Assembly: GCA_016217905.1 (NCBI GenBank)
Contig: JACRFL010000012.1
Span: forward strand, 1-56,470
Source of the DNA: Candidatus Kaiserbacteria bacterium
GTDB taxonomy: Bacteria > Patescibacteriota > Minisyncoccia > Phycocordibacterales > Phycocordibacteraceae
Direction: 5' to 3'
Length of the DNA: 56,470 nucleotides
Below are positions 46,188-55,115 of the stretch, one piece after another; the stretch's first letter is position 1; each line of letters starts with the position of its first letter. The position numbers and the translations under genes were made by a program. The notes under the pieces are model-generated. The model was not told where the DNA came from. It ran no database searches and was given only the letters and a program-made list of their open reading frames with translations.

Positions 46188-47363
46188 TTACTTCGTCAAT
46201 ACCCGCCCGAAAACCTTTTCCCGCATGTTTTTGGCGATGACGTTCCAGTCGAAATTATCCTGAGCGAACTTCTTTGCGGTCGCAACCACTTTTCTTGTCT
46301 GGTCAGGCTGCGTAAGAATCTCCGTCACGGCCTCGGCGATCTGTTTTGGATTATCTTTATCAACGGCCCAGCCGGTCGTCGGTTTGTCCGGGTTGCGCTT
46401 GGCATCAAAAAGAAAGTCCACGATGCCTCCCTCCTGCGTTGCGACGATTGGGAGTCCCGCCACCATCGTCGAGAGGAACGCGATTCCCTGCCCTTCAGAG
46501 CGACTCGGTGAGACGAAAATGTCGCCGACTTTGCGATATTTGGCAGTCATCGTCCGATCGACCTTGCCGATGAGCACGACGCGTTCGCTCACTCGCAGTT
46601 CTCGCGCAAGATTTTCAAGCATCTGTCGATCAGGACCATCACCTACGACAAGGAGGTGGGTACGCGGCGGCAGGAGAGGGAGCGCGCGAATCACTACATC
46701 AATCCCCTTCTGATGCACGAGCCGAGAGATGCTGATGAGGAAGACGTCGCCCCATTTTTTACCGACTGCCTGTTTCAACTGTTCGATCTCATCGGCAGGA
46801 TACTCTTGTGCAGACGTGACTGAAAATCCGTTTGGAATAACTTCGACAAGCCCTTTGTACCCGCGTCGCGCCGGCCACGTCGCGAGATAGGTTGAAATAG
46901 CTTGCACTATTGCCGCATTTCTAAAGCCAGCATTGAGCAGGGGCGCAACCGGCCGAATAAACCATCGCTCAAACACTTTTTCGTAGGAATCGCCGTCTTG
47001 GAGCGTGAGTATGTGTGGAGCTTTAACGCCCAAGAGTTTGGCGGACACGACAGGGAGGAGCATGTAGGTCATCATCGACCATAGTGCGTCGAAGTGGAAC
47101 TTTGTGTGGAGCGAGCGCGCCTTAAGTGCTGCAAGCGGGATGTAGAACATTTTTGAGAGATAATTCTCTCCGAAACCAACACGATGTATATGCACATTCC
47201 CAATTCTCTCTTCATGCGCTGAAGTGCGGTCGAAAAGGAGCGTAATCATGTGGAACTCGATATCGCTCGGATCGATGCGATCGGTAATCTCTTGTATCGC
47301 CACTTCTGCTCCGCTCGAGAAGCGCGGGTAGTAGGCAAGTGAGAATATGAGTATTCGTTTCAT
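46188..47363 (-). CDS. Glycosyltransferase family 4
   Basis: MKRILIFSLAYYPRFSSGAEV and SPSRSEGQGIAFLSTMVAGLPIV. Confidence 0.8.
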   Translation of the reverse strand: MKRILIFSLAYYPRFSSGAEVAIQEITDRIDPSDIEFHMITLLFDRTSAHEERIGNVHIHRVGFGENYLSKMFYIPLAALKARSLHTKFHFDALWSMMTYMLLPVVSAKLLGVKAPHILTLQDGDSYEKVFERWFIRPVAPLLNAGFRNAAIVQAISTYLATWPARRGYKGLVEVIPNGFSVTSAQEYPADEIEQLKQAVGKKWGDVFLISISRLVHQKGIDVVIRALPLLPPRTHLLVVGDGPDRQMLENLARELRVSERVVLIGKVDRTMTAKYRKVGDIFVSPSRSEGQGIAFLSTMVAGLPIVATQEGGIVDFLFDAKRNPDKPTTGWAVDKDNPKQIAEAVTEILTQPDQTRKVVATAKKFAQDNFDWNVIAKNMREKVFGRVLTK

Positions 47364-48250
47364 TACCGAGTTCTGTTCTCTTTAATTTCGCGAATATACT
47401 CTTCGAGCGTGTGGGACTGCTTCCACCCGAGTACCTTTATCTTCGCCGTATCCGTATCGATTGCCGCTGAGGGGCGGCTCGTCGAGCGCGCAGGGAGCAT
47501 CACGATTTCTCCGCCAAAGAGCTTTGCGACTTCGAGAATCGGATAACTCCGAGTCGCGGCAATACTATACTCATCGCGCACGCCTTTTTCTCCCGCGATA
47601 ACGAGTCCTTCCACCGTGTCGTTCACGTGCGTATAGATGCGCTCCTGTGTGCCGGGAAGCCGTACTTCAAGCGGTTCTCCTTTAAGAAATTTTTGTCTAA
47701 ATATTTCTATGACGGTGCCGTATTCACCAGCTCGTTCTCGTGGCCCATACACGTTATAAAAATAGGCAATCGAATAGGGGAGGTCATACCAGTGTCCGTA
47801 GTTGTGCACGAGTTCGGTGTTCGATGCCTTTGACCACGTGTAGGGTGAGAGGTCACGACCGGCAGTGCCTTCGGGGCGAGGGGTTGCCATCTTCGTCGAA
47901 GAGCCGGCATAGACAAGCTTCGTTCCCTTGCGGGCGCGCCAATATTCGAGCACCGCGAAGGTGCCCATCATATTGAGATCCCACACGAGCGCCGGTTCTT
48001 CGATGCTCTTTGCAACGCGCGAATATTCGCCAAGATGGTAGATAATATCGGGCGTTTCGGGAATATGTTTCTCGATGTCTTTGGTATGACCTTCGCGATA
48101 GTCGACACCGCTGACGTGATTCTCGCGGCTGCCGGTGAAGTAGTTATCGAGCGAGATAACCGTGTGACCCTCTTTGACCAGGCGCTCGCAGAGATGACTC
48201 CCGATGAATCCCGCACCGCCCGTCACGAGAAAAAGTTTCTGGTCCGCCAT
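47363..48250 (-). CDS. NAD-dependent dehydratase/decarboxylase (UDP-glucuronate decarboxylase-like SDR)
   Basis: LFLVTGGAGFIGSHLCERLVKEGHTVISLDNYFTGSRENH and YTWSK. Confidence 0.7.
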   Translation of the reverse strand: MADQKLFLVTGGAGFIGSHLCERLVKEGHTVISLDNYFTGSRENHVSGVDYREGHTKDIEKHIPETPDIIYHLGEYSRVAKSIEEPALVWDLNMMGTFAVLEYWRARKGTKLVYAGSSTKMATPRPEGTAGRDLSPYTWSKASNTELVHNYGHWYDLPYSIAYFYNVYGPRERAGEYGTVIEIFRQKFLKGEPLEVRLPGTQERIYTHVNDTVEGLVIAGEKGVRDEYSIAATRSYPILEVAKLFGGEIVMLPARSTSRPSAAIDTDTAKIKVLGWKQSHTLEEYIREIKENRTR

Positions 48251-48289
48251 AGCGACACGATAGTACAAAAAAGCCCAAGATGCGAACTT

Positions 48290-49665
48290 TTATAGGAATA
48301 TGAACGCTCCGCCCGCAAGCATCATGACGCCGAGGAAACCGAGGGTCCACGGCGAGCGGAATATCCCTAAAGCGCGTTTCCTTTCTGTTGAAGACGCGGC
48401 GACCGAGAGGGCGGGCAACGCCGCCCCCGCAGCGGCGAGCTCTGTCGTCGCTGCGGGGGCTAGTACTGCTTCCTCATGTTGTTGAACATCCGTTCTTGCT
48501 CTCGTAATCGATTCGACCGCCTGCACTTCTTTGTAACCGGCCGATGCGGGAGAAGGTTGCCGCTCCGGTACCGAGGCGACCGTCGTTGTCGCGGGGGCGG
48601 GGGCTGTAAACGGCGATAAACGGGCCGCGATGATTCCATCGGGATACAAAAGCGTCACATCGAGTGTTATCGGTAAATTCGTGACGGCAAACGGGAAAAG
48701 CGCGCTTGTTTTCGGCAGGATGACCGTCCCGTCCGGTATGCGGAACGAGCCCGTCTCGGAGAGGAGTCGCCACAGAGAGAGATCGAGACGTTCGTTCGCG
48801 TCGTTTGCAATCGTGATACCGTCTCCCGATGCCATAAAGAGACGCACCGCGGCAGGCCGTGCGGTAACGATCATTTCGTCATGCGCCTTTGCCGCCCCGT
48901 CGGTCGCATCGACCGTAACCAGATAAGTGCCCGCGTAGCGATACAGCTTTTCAACCGCAGTGCCCGTCCCCGATGATCCGTCGCCGAAACTCCAGGTGAT
49001 CTGCGCGGTGGGATCAACCGCCCCGCTCTTGATCGTCGCGCGCGCGAAGAGGTGCAGCGGCACTTCAAGCACCGCATCTCGACTGCCGCTCATGCTGAGA
49101 GAGAGCGCGGAGGGCGGCGGCGTATACGTGGACGCACTTCCTGAAGAAGATGAAGTCTCCTGCGTCGATGATGCGGTTACCGAGGCGTTTGATGCGCCGC
49201 CCGTACCAGCGTAGGTGCCGGGCGTCGGTGCGGCTGAAGCGAATTGCCGTCTCCCGCCGCGCCCAAGGAAGAATCATAAGACACCGAATCGAGGACGGTA
49301 AGCGCACCGTCCTTCAGTGCGAGCGATTCTCCGGTGTTCGAGAGAGAAAAGGAGGAATCGAAAAGAATGCCGGTATAGCCGGGCCAGTCAGTTTTGAACT
49401 TCGTCGGATCGTTCGCGATGACGGCCGAGCCGCCGGGCGCGAGCATCCCGTCGCCGGAAGCGAGCGTAAGCGCGTGGTTGGTGTTCGCTTCAAAAAATTT
49501 ATACCCGCTCGCATCCATCGCGCTGCTGCCCGTGTTCGTTATCTCTACCCATTCCCGTCCCGTGTCGGTATCCGAGACGTCGTACATGATTTCCGTGAAA
49601 ATGACCGCGGCGTGTGCGGAGGCGGGGACGAGAATCGCCAGTGAAAGAAATCCGGCTATGCGCAT
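48290..49665 (-). pseudogene. Signal peptide - lamin-tail domain (LTD) - S/T/P linker - PKD domain - C-terminal TM anchor, split by a frameshift
   Basis: ORF 49177..49665 carries the signal peptide and LTD (VIFTEIMYDVSDTDTGREWVEITNTG...GDGNSLQ). ORF 48290..49093 carries the PKD domain (ITWSFGDGSSGTGTAVEKLYRYAGTYLVTVDATDG) and the TM segment (LGFLGVMMLAGGAFIFL). My hand translation shows the PKD frame open upstream to TGA at 49276-49274, encoding ...ASAAPTPGTYAGTGGASNASVTASSTQETSSSSGSASTYTPPPSALSL. Confidence 0.6.
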
Positions 49666-49673
49666 AGGGATTA

Positions 49674-51359
49674 TTATATCTCGCCCTTGAACACCTTCCG
49701 GAGCGCGTCCTCGGGAACTTCAAAGGGTTGTTTTGGTTGCTGTTGGCTGTTGTTAGTTGTTGGCTGTTGGCTGTTGCGTGCAATCACGTCAGTGAGCGCC
49801 CCCTTGAGGGACTGCTGATGTTGCGACTTCTTCTGTTCCCGCTCCGCGCCAGTTTTCGCGGTCATGGCGCGCAAAATCGACTTGAGATCTTCCGGGCTCT
49901 TCGTCGCGGCGGACGGGCGGGGAATGAATTCTTTCGCCTGTTCGCGCTGAACGGGCGGCTTCGGCGCAGACGGCTTCGCCTCTCTTTGTTTTATCTCCTC
50001 TCTTTGCATGGGCGCTCGCGGCGCCGGCTTCTTCCGCATCCGTGCATCGATCGGCGCGGGGGCGGCCTCGCTTGCGGCGAGCTCTTCAATGACGGCGTTC
50101 TCAATGCCGGCACGCAGCGCGGTGAACTGCGCGCGCGACTCCGCGATGACCTGTTCTCGACTGGAGACGGGCGGCGGCTCGATCGGTGGTATCGTCACCG
50201 CCGAGAAGGGCGCGGAGCCGACTCCGTCGATCATGAGCGTGAGATATATCTGACGCTTATCGAGTCCCACGATGTCCTCTTTCGTGAACTTCGGCATGAA
50301 GATGGTCTCGAGCACCTCGGCGTCGAAGGGCCCGACCCGAAAGGCGACGGTCGTCCCGACGTTCCCGAAGACCGCGTCGCGCACTTCCTCTTCCATCTGC
50401 TCGATGTACTGGTGCGCGATGACGAGGTTCAGCTTGTATTTGCGCGCTTCGGAGAGGATCTCCGCGAACGTTTCGTTCGCGAAGTTCTGAAATTCGTCGA
50501 CGTAGAAATAGAAGTGCGGGAGCCGTGCAAGCTTGTCCGCAGGAAGGTCTGCGCGGCTCATCGCGGCGAGGAAGATGCGCGTCGTAAGCATCGAGCCTAA
50601 AAGGCGCATATTGGTCTCCCCGACGAGTCCTTTGGAGAGATTGATGATGAGGATCTTCTTCTCGTCCATCATTGTGCGGATGTCGAAGGAGGATTTGCTC
50701 TGGCCGATGATATTCCGGATGAGCGGATTGCCGGTGAATTGCCCGACCTTGTTCTGGATGGCGGGCGTCGCCTCCTGCGTGTAGCGGTCGCCGTAGTTGG
50801 CGAACTCCTTGGTCCAAAAATCCTTCACGACGGGGTCTTTCACGTTGTCGACGACTTTCTGCCGGTAGGTTTTGTCGGTGTACATGCGATTGACGCCAAG
50901 CAGGGTCGCATCCGGGTATTCGAGGAGCGCGAGGAGCGTGTTGGTGAGGATGTACTCCATGCGCGCGCTCCACGCGTCCTCCCAGATCTTCTTGAACGTC
51001 GCCATGAGGCCGCTCACGACCAGGTGGCGCTTGTCGTAGCCGACATCCTCCATCACATTGAACGCTATGGGGTGTTCCATATCGAACGGCGCGAAGTAGA
51101 CGACGTCTTTGACGCGGTCTTCGGGGATATAGTCGAGAAGCCTCTCCACCGTCCCGCCGTGCGGGTCGATGAAGGCGAATCCTTCGCCGTTGCGGAGGTC
51201 CTGGATCGCCATGTTCTCGAGCAGGGTCGACTTGCCCATGCCGGTCTTGCCAATCACGTACATGTGACGGTCGCGGTCCTTCGCCTTGATGCCGAACGGA
51301 ACATATTTCCCCCGCGCATCGGTGGCGGCGAAGTAGGTTACGCGTTCGGGATTTTCCAT
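49674..51359 (-). CDS. VirD4/TraD/TraG-family (type IV coupling-protein-like) P-loop ATPase, soluble form
   Basis: Walker A VIGKTGMGKST, FIDPHGG and Walker B FYFYVDEFQNF. No N-terminal TM helix. Q/N/P-rich C-terminal tail. Confidence 0.6.
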   Translation of the reverse strand: MENPERVTYFAATDARGKYVPFGIKAKDRDRHMYVIGKTGMGKSTLLENMAIQDLRNGEGFAFIDPHGGTVERLLDYIPEDRVKDVVYFAPFDMEHPIAFNVMEDVGYDKRHLVVSGLMATFKKIWEDAWSARMEYILTNTLLALLEYPDATLLGVNRMYTDKTYRQKVVDNVKDPVVKDFWTKEFANYGDRYTQEATPAIQNKVGQFTGNPLIRNIIGQSKSSFDIRTMMDEKKILIINLSKGLVGETNMRLLGSMLTTRIFLAAMSRADLPADKLARLPHFYFYVDEFQNFANETFAEILSEARKYKLNLVIAHQYIEQMEEEVRDAVFGNVGTTVAFRVGPFDAEVLETIFMPKFTKEDIVGLDKRQIYLTLMIDGVGSAPFSAVTIPPIEPPPVSSREQVIAESRAQFTALRAGIENAVIEELAASEAAPAPIDARMRKKPAPRAPMQREEIKQREAKPSAPKPPVQREQAKEFIPRPSAATKSPEDLKSILRAMTAKTGAEREQKKSQHQQSLKGALTDVIARNSQQPTTNNSQQQPKQPFEVPEDALRKVFKGEI

Positions 51360-51379
51360 CGCTGTTCAGTATAACAAAC

Positions 51380-51402
51380 CTCGGCCGCGCTGGGCGGCCG
51401 AG
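51380..51402 (-). terminator. 9-bp GC hairpin between the small membrane protein gene and the ATPase gene
   Basis: CTCGGCCGC gctgg GCGGCCGAG. In - sense it is followed by GTTTGTT, then TATACT (51368-51373), which lies 8 nt before ATG 51359. Confidence 0.45.
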
Positions 51403-51420
51403 CCTTCCTGAATACACGAG

Positions 51421-51642
51421 TTAGATCGGAGAAACTCCCTGGGGCGGGGTTGGTTCGGACACCGACGTTTCAGAGGGCGGCTGCGCGCGCCGCGCCTCGC
51501 TGGCGCGAAGCGCAACACCGATACCGACCACGCCGGCACCGAAAATGACTGCGAGGAAGGTACGGATGGCTATCGGGAGCCCCGAGAAGGGCGTAAGGAT
51601 GGTGAGAATACCGAGAAGGATGAGCGTGCTGATGCGGGACAT
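51421..51642 (-). CDS. Small membrane protein (2 predicted TM helices)
   Basis: MSRISTLILLGILTILTPFSGLPIAIRTFLAVIFGAGVVGIGVALRA, then a Pro/Ser tail. Confidence 0.55.
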   Translation of the reverse strand: MSRISTLILLGILTILTPFSGLPIAIRTFLAVIFGAGVVGIGVALRASEARRAQPPSETSVSEPTPPQGVSPI

Positions 51643-51654
51643 GGGGCAATTATA

Positions 51655-52329
51655 TCAATGAGTCACGATGACCACAAATTCGCCCCGGACGGCATCGGGA
51701 TGCTCTGCGAAATGCACCTGAACTTCGGCAACGGTGCCTGCAACCACCTCTTCGTGAATTTTGGTGAGTTCGCGGGCTATAACAACGTTTCTTTGTTCGC
51801 CCAAATGCGATAACTCGGTAAGTAGTTTGATGATACGGTGTGGTGATTCATACAACACTACGGGTATTTCACTCTTTGCTAATTTTTTTAAAACAGTCTG
51901 GCGGCCTTTCTTGTGCGGCAAGAATCCGAGAAACGTAAACTCGCCTGCGTCCACCCCGGCGATAGAGAGCGCGGCCGTGAGCGCTGAAGCACCCGGTATC
52001 GCCTCGATGCGCGCATCGGACAACCGCGCGCGCACAGCCGCCACGAGCCGCGCACCGGGGTCGGAGATGCCCGGCGTGCCGGCATCTGAAACGAGCGCGA
52101 CGTGTTCTCCCGCTTCAAGCCTGGCTATTATTTCATCTGTTTTCTTTGCTTCAGTTACTGTGTCGAGTCGAAATACGGACTTACGAAGTTCGTATTTCGC
52201 AAGCAATTTCGAGGTAACGCGCGTGTCTTCGGTGTAGATAACGTCGCACTCTTTAAGCGTACGCAAGGCACGCAGCGTAGTGTCCTCCAAGTTCCCTATC
52301 GGCGTTGCGACGATTGAGAGTTTACCCAT
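51655..52329 (-). CDS. rsmI: 16S rRNA (cytidine1402-2'-O)-methyltransferase
   Basis: LSIVATPIGNLEDTTLRALRTLKECDVIYTEDTR. TTGTTA-N17-TAGAGT lies 6 nt before the ATG. Confidence 0.88.
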   Translation of the reverse strand: MGKLSIVATPIGNLEDTTLRALRTLKECDVIYTEDTRVTSKLLAKYELRKSVFRLDTVTEAKKTDEIIARLEAGEHVALVSDAGTPGISDPGARLVAAVRARLSDARIEAIPGASALTAALSIAGVDAGEFTFLGFLPHKKGRQTVLKKLAKSEIPVVLYESPHRIIKLLTELSHLGEQRNVVIARELTKIHEEVVAGTVAEVQVHFAEHPDAVRGEFVVIVTH

Positions 52330-52347
52330 AGCGACACTCTACCGCAG

Positions 52348-52375
52348 TTGACATGCTATAACAATACGCTGCAAT
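52348..52375 (+). promoter_or_regulatory. Candidate sigma70-like promoter on the + strand (TTGACA-N16-TGCAAT)
   Basis: TTGACA at 52348-52353 and TGCAAT at 52370-52375. It faces the + oriented terminator at 52452-52477. Confidence 0.35.
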
Positions 52376-52451
52376 TATCAGCGGCAAACTGCAGGAGACC
52401 GAAAATGAACATTCCTTTCCCCGGGCTAACTGTCGTGACAACCGTGCATGA

Positions 52452-52477
52452 GCGGCCTCTTCGGAGGCCGCTTTTTT
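52452..52477 (+). terminator. Canonical intrinsic terminator oriented for the + strand; it sits 4 nt past the murC stop
   Basis: GCGGCCTC TTCG GAGGCCGC TTTTTT. In - sense the stem is preceded by A4 and followed by TCATGCACGG, with no U tract. Confidence 0.6.
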
Positions 52478-53747
52478 ATTTCTGTGTGAGCGCGTCGGCG
52501 ACTTTGTAAATGTCGCCCGCGCCCATCGTCATGATGACGTCGCCCTCGCTGACGTCGGCGAGCGCGCGCTTGATAGCATCAAATGAGCCGAGCGCCATCG
52601 CGTCTGTGCCGGTTGTGTGGATGCGTTCGGCGAGTATCTCGCTTGAGATGGAACCGTCGTCTGCCTCGCGGGCGGCATAAATGGGCGCGATAAGCACTCG
52701 GTCGGCGTCGCTAAAGGCGACCGCAAATTCATCAAGAAGGTCACGCGTACGGCTGTAGAGGTGCGGGTGAAATGCCACAATTATTTTCCCTTTCATCTTT
52801 GCGCGGAGTGCTTTTAGCGTTTCTTTTACAGCCGTCGGATGATGGGCATAATCGTCATACACATCGGCGCCATTTTTCGTTTTCCCTTTGTATTCAAACC
52901 GTCTCCAGGTTCCTTGAAAGGCTGAAATACTACCATATATGGTGGTATTTTCGATTGACGGATGCGAAGCCCGCGCGGCCGCTGCGGCCGCGCGGGCATT
53001 CATGGCATTAAATTCTCCCGGCAAACGCAACTTATATGCAGGTTCTTTTGTGTAATCAACGATGCTCGCCTTGGCGGCAGCAAGGAGCGGCGCGATATTC
53101 GCGTTATGCGGATCCGTGACGATAGTTCCGCTCGCAGGCACCCGCTCGATCGCCTTCCGGAATGTCTCCTGGAGTGCCGCAAGCGAGGGGAAATAATCGG
53201 TATGGTCCCACTCGAGGTTCGTGATGACGAGGGCTTCCGGCGAGAGCTCGAGTAGATGGTCGCGATATTCACATGCCTCAACGATTAACAGATTTGTATC
53301 GCCAGCGAGGTAATTGGAACCAAAGTCTTTCACGATAGAACCGATGATCGCTGTTGGTGACGCTCCCGCATCTTGGAGTAGCTTCGCCAACATTCCCGTC
53401 ACCGTCGTCTTGCCGTGCGTGCCCGCTACGGCAATCGTTCTTTTTCCTTTCGACACTTCGCCAAGCATCTCAAAATAAGAAAGTTGTTTAATGTCGAATT
53501 CTTTTGCACGCACGCGCTCCGGATTATCCTCCGGCACCGCATCGCTGTACACGACCATTTCCGCGTCTGTCGGCACGTTCTCGTCCTTCTGCCCTATAAC
53601 TACATGAATTCCTTTCTTCTCTAAAAGCTCCGTCACCGGACTCGCGTCGCGATCCGAACCGGTTACCCACACTCCCTGGTCCTTGAAATATTGCGCGAGT
53701 GCGCTCATCCCGATCCCGCCGATACCGACAAAATGCACTTTTTTCAT
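52476..53747 (-). CDS. murC: UDP-N-acetylmuramate--L-alanine ligase
   Basis: VHFVGIGGIGMSALAQYF and AGTHGKTTV. Confidence 0.92.
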   Translation of the reverse strand: MKKVHFVGIGGIGMSALAQYFKDQGVWVTGSDRDASPVTELLEKKGIHVVIGQKDENVPTDAEMVVYSDAVPEDNPERVRAKEFDIKQLSYFEMLGEVSKGKRTIAVAGTHGKTTVTGMLAKLLQDAGASPTAIIGSIVKDFGSNYLAGDTNLLIVEACEYRDHLLELSPEALVITNLEWDHTDYFPSLAALQETFRKAIERVPASGTIVTDPHNANIAPLLAAAKASIVDYTKEPAYKLRLPGEFNAMNARAAAAAARASHPSIENTTIYGSISAFQGTWRRFEYKGKTKNGADVYDDYAHHPTAVKETLKALRAKMKGKIIVAFHPHLYSRTRDLLDEFAVAFSDADRVLIAPIYAAREADDGSISSEILAERIHTTGTDAMALGSFDAIKRALADVSEGDVIMTMGAGDIYKVADALTQK

Positions 53748-55069
53748 AACGCTTTTACGATAGCAGCAAACTGATCGCCACGGTCGAATTCGTTCTGGAA
53801 CATGCCGAAGGAGGCGAAAGCAGGTGAGAATAGCACCGTATCGCCCTGCTCGGCGACGAGCATCGCTGCGTCTACCGCTTCGGAAAGAGTATGATATACC
53901 ACACGTGCGTCATGCAACTTATCTCTGATGCGGTCGGTGCCCGTGCCGGCGAGCAAGACGACATTTTTCACCTCTGGCAATTTTTCAACGAGAACGCTCA
54001 TGTCGAGCCCCTTATCCGCTCCGCCCATGATCAAAATGATAGACTTCGTAAGTCCATCATTAGAAAAAGCCGCGAGTGCAGCAAGCGTCGCTTCCGGCGT
54101 CGTCGCGGTCGTGTCGTTGTAGATTTTTATGCCATTCACCTCGCGCACAAACTCAAGCCGGCCCGGCACACCCGCGAATGCCTCAAGAGCTTTACGACTT
54201 TCCCCGTCATCAATATCGAATTCGCACGCCGCCGCGAGCGCGAGAGCGGCATTGTAGCGGTTATGAAGTCCCGGGATGCGGAGTGCCCATGTGTCCGGGA
54301 GTTTCAATTCATCAACGACACGTATCCTTGATGCAATTTGGTCGCCGTATTTCTCAATGACCGCCGGCGCGCATTGCTTGCCGAGGATGAGCGTATCTTC
54401 CGGCTTTTGATGCAGAAAAATATGCGCTTTGTCGGCGAGATAGGTATCGAGATCCCCGTGATAATAATTCAAATGATCCTGATAGAGCGCCGTGAACACC
54501 GCAATATGCGGACTCATCTTCGCCTCGCCCCAGCCTTGGCATTGCCACGAATCGAGTTCCAATACAGCGATATGTTCAGGTGATACTTCGTTCAGTAGTT
54601 CCAGATTGGAAACGCCACGGACATTCCCACCAAGCACTACTTTCTTTCCCGCCTCTTTTAAAATCGAGTGCAGCATGTGCGCCACGGTCGACTTGCCGCG
54701 CGTGCCCGTTACCCCGACAGTCGGCACGCCTGAAATCTCCGCGAAGAGATCCGCGCTCATCCGCACCGGTACTTTATTTTTCTTCGCTTCGGCGATATAG
54801 ATTGAATCGAGCGGAACGCCCGCCGCTTTCAAGATCAGATCGCGGCCGCGGAAATTTTCGAAACGATGTTCGCCCAGAACGAACGTGATGTTGGGAAACG
54901 ATTCGAGCTGTGCGACTGAACTCGCGAGCGTCGCGCGCGATTTCAAGTCGGTCACGATAAGCTCCGCCCCGCACTCGGCCAGGTACCGCGCATCGCCCAC
55001 GCCACGGCCGAGGAGACCAAGCCCCATGACGGTGATTCGTTTCCCGCGGAAATGTGCCGAGGCGTCCAT
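53744..55069 (-). CDS. murD: UDP-N-acetylmuramoylalanine--D-glutamate ligase
   Basis: GKRITVMGLGLLGRG and GVTGTRGKST. ATG 55069 has TAGGAT 7 nt upstream; the track start 55105 is a GTG. Confidence 0.9.
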   Translation of the reverse strand: MDASAHFRGKRITVMGLGLLGRGVGDARYLAECGAELIVTDLKSRATLASSVAQLESFPNITFVLGEHRFENFRGRDLILKAAGVPLDSIYIAEAKKNKVPVRMSADLFAEISGVPTVGVTGTRGKSTVAHMLHSILKEAGKKVVLGGNVRGVSNLELLNEVSPEHIAVLELDSWQCQGWGEAKMSPHIAVFTALYQDHLNYYHGDLDTYLADKAHIFLHQKPEDTLILGKQCAPAVIEKYGDQIASRIRVVDELKLPDTWALRIPGLHNRYNAALALAAACEFDIDDGESRKALEAFAGVPGRLEFVREVNGIKIYNDTTATTPEATLAALAAFSNDGLTKSIILIMGGADKGLDMSVLVEKLPEVKNVVLLAGTGTDRIRDKLHDARVVYHTLSEAVDAAMLVAEQGDTVLFSPAFASFGMFQNEFDRGDQFAAIVKAL

Positions 55070-55115
55070 CCTGCGAATCCTAGCGCACGAACGCTCATCC
55101 CGCACGGACGGCTAC

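Noticed and set aside
49728-49790. Repetitive TGTTGGC-type low-complexity DNA
   Set aside because: It encodes the Q/N/S/P-rich C-terminal tail (SQQPTTNNSQQQPKQP) of the ATPase on the minus strand. It is not an independent repeat element.
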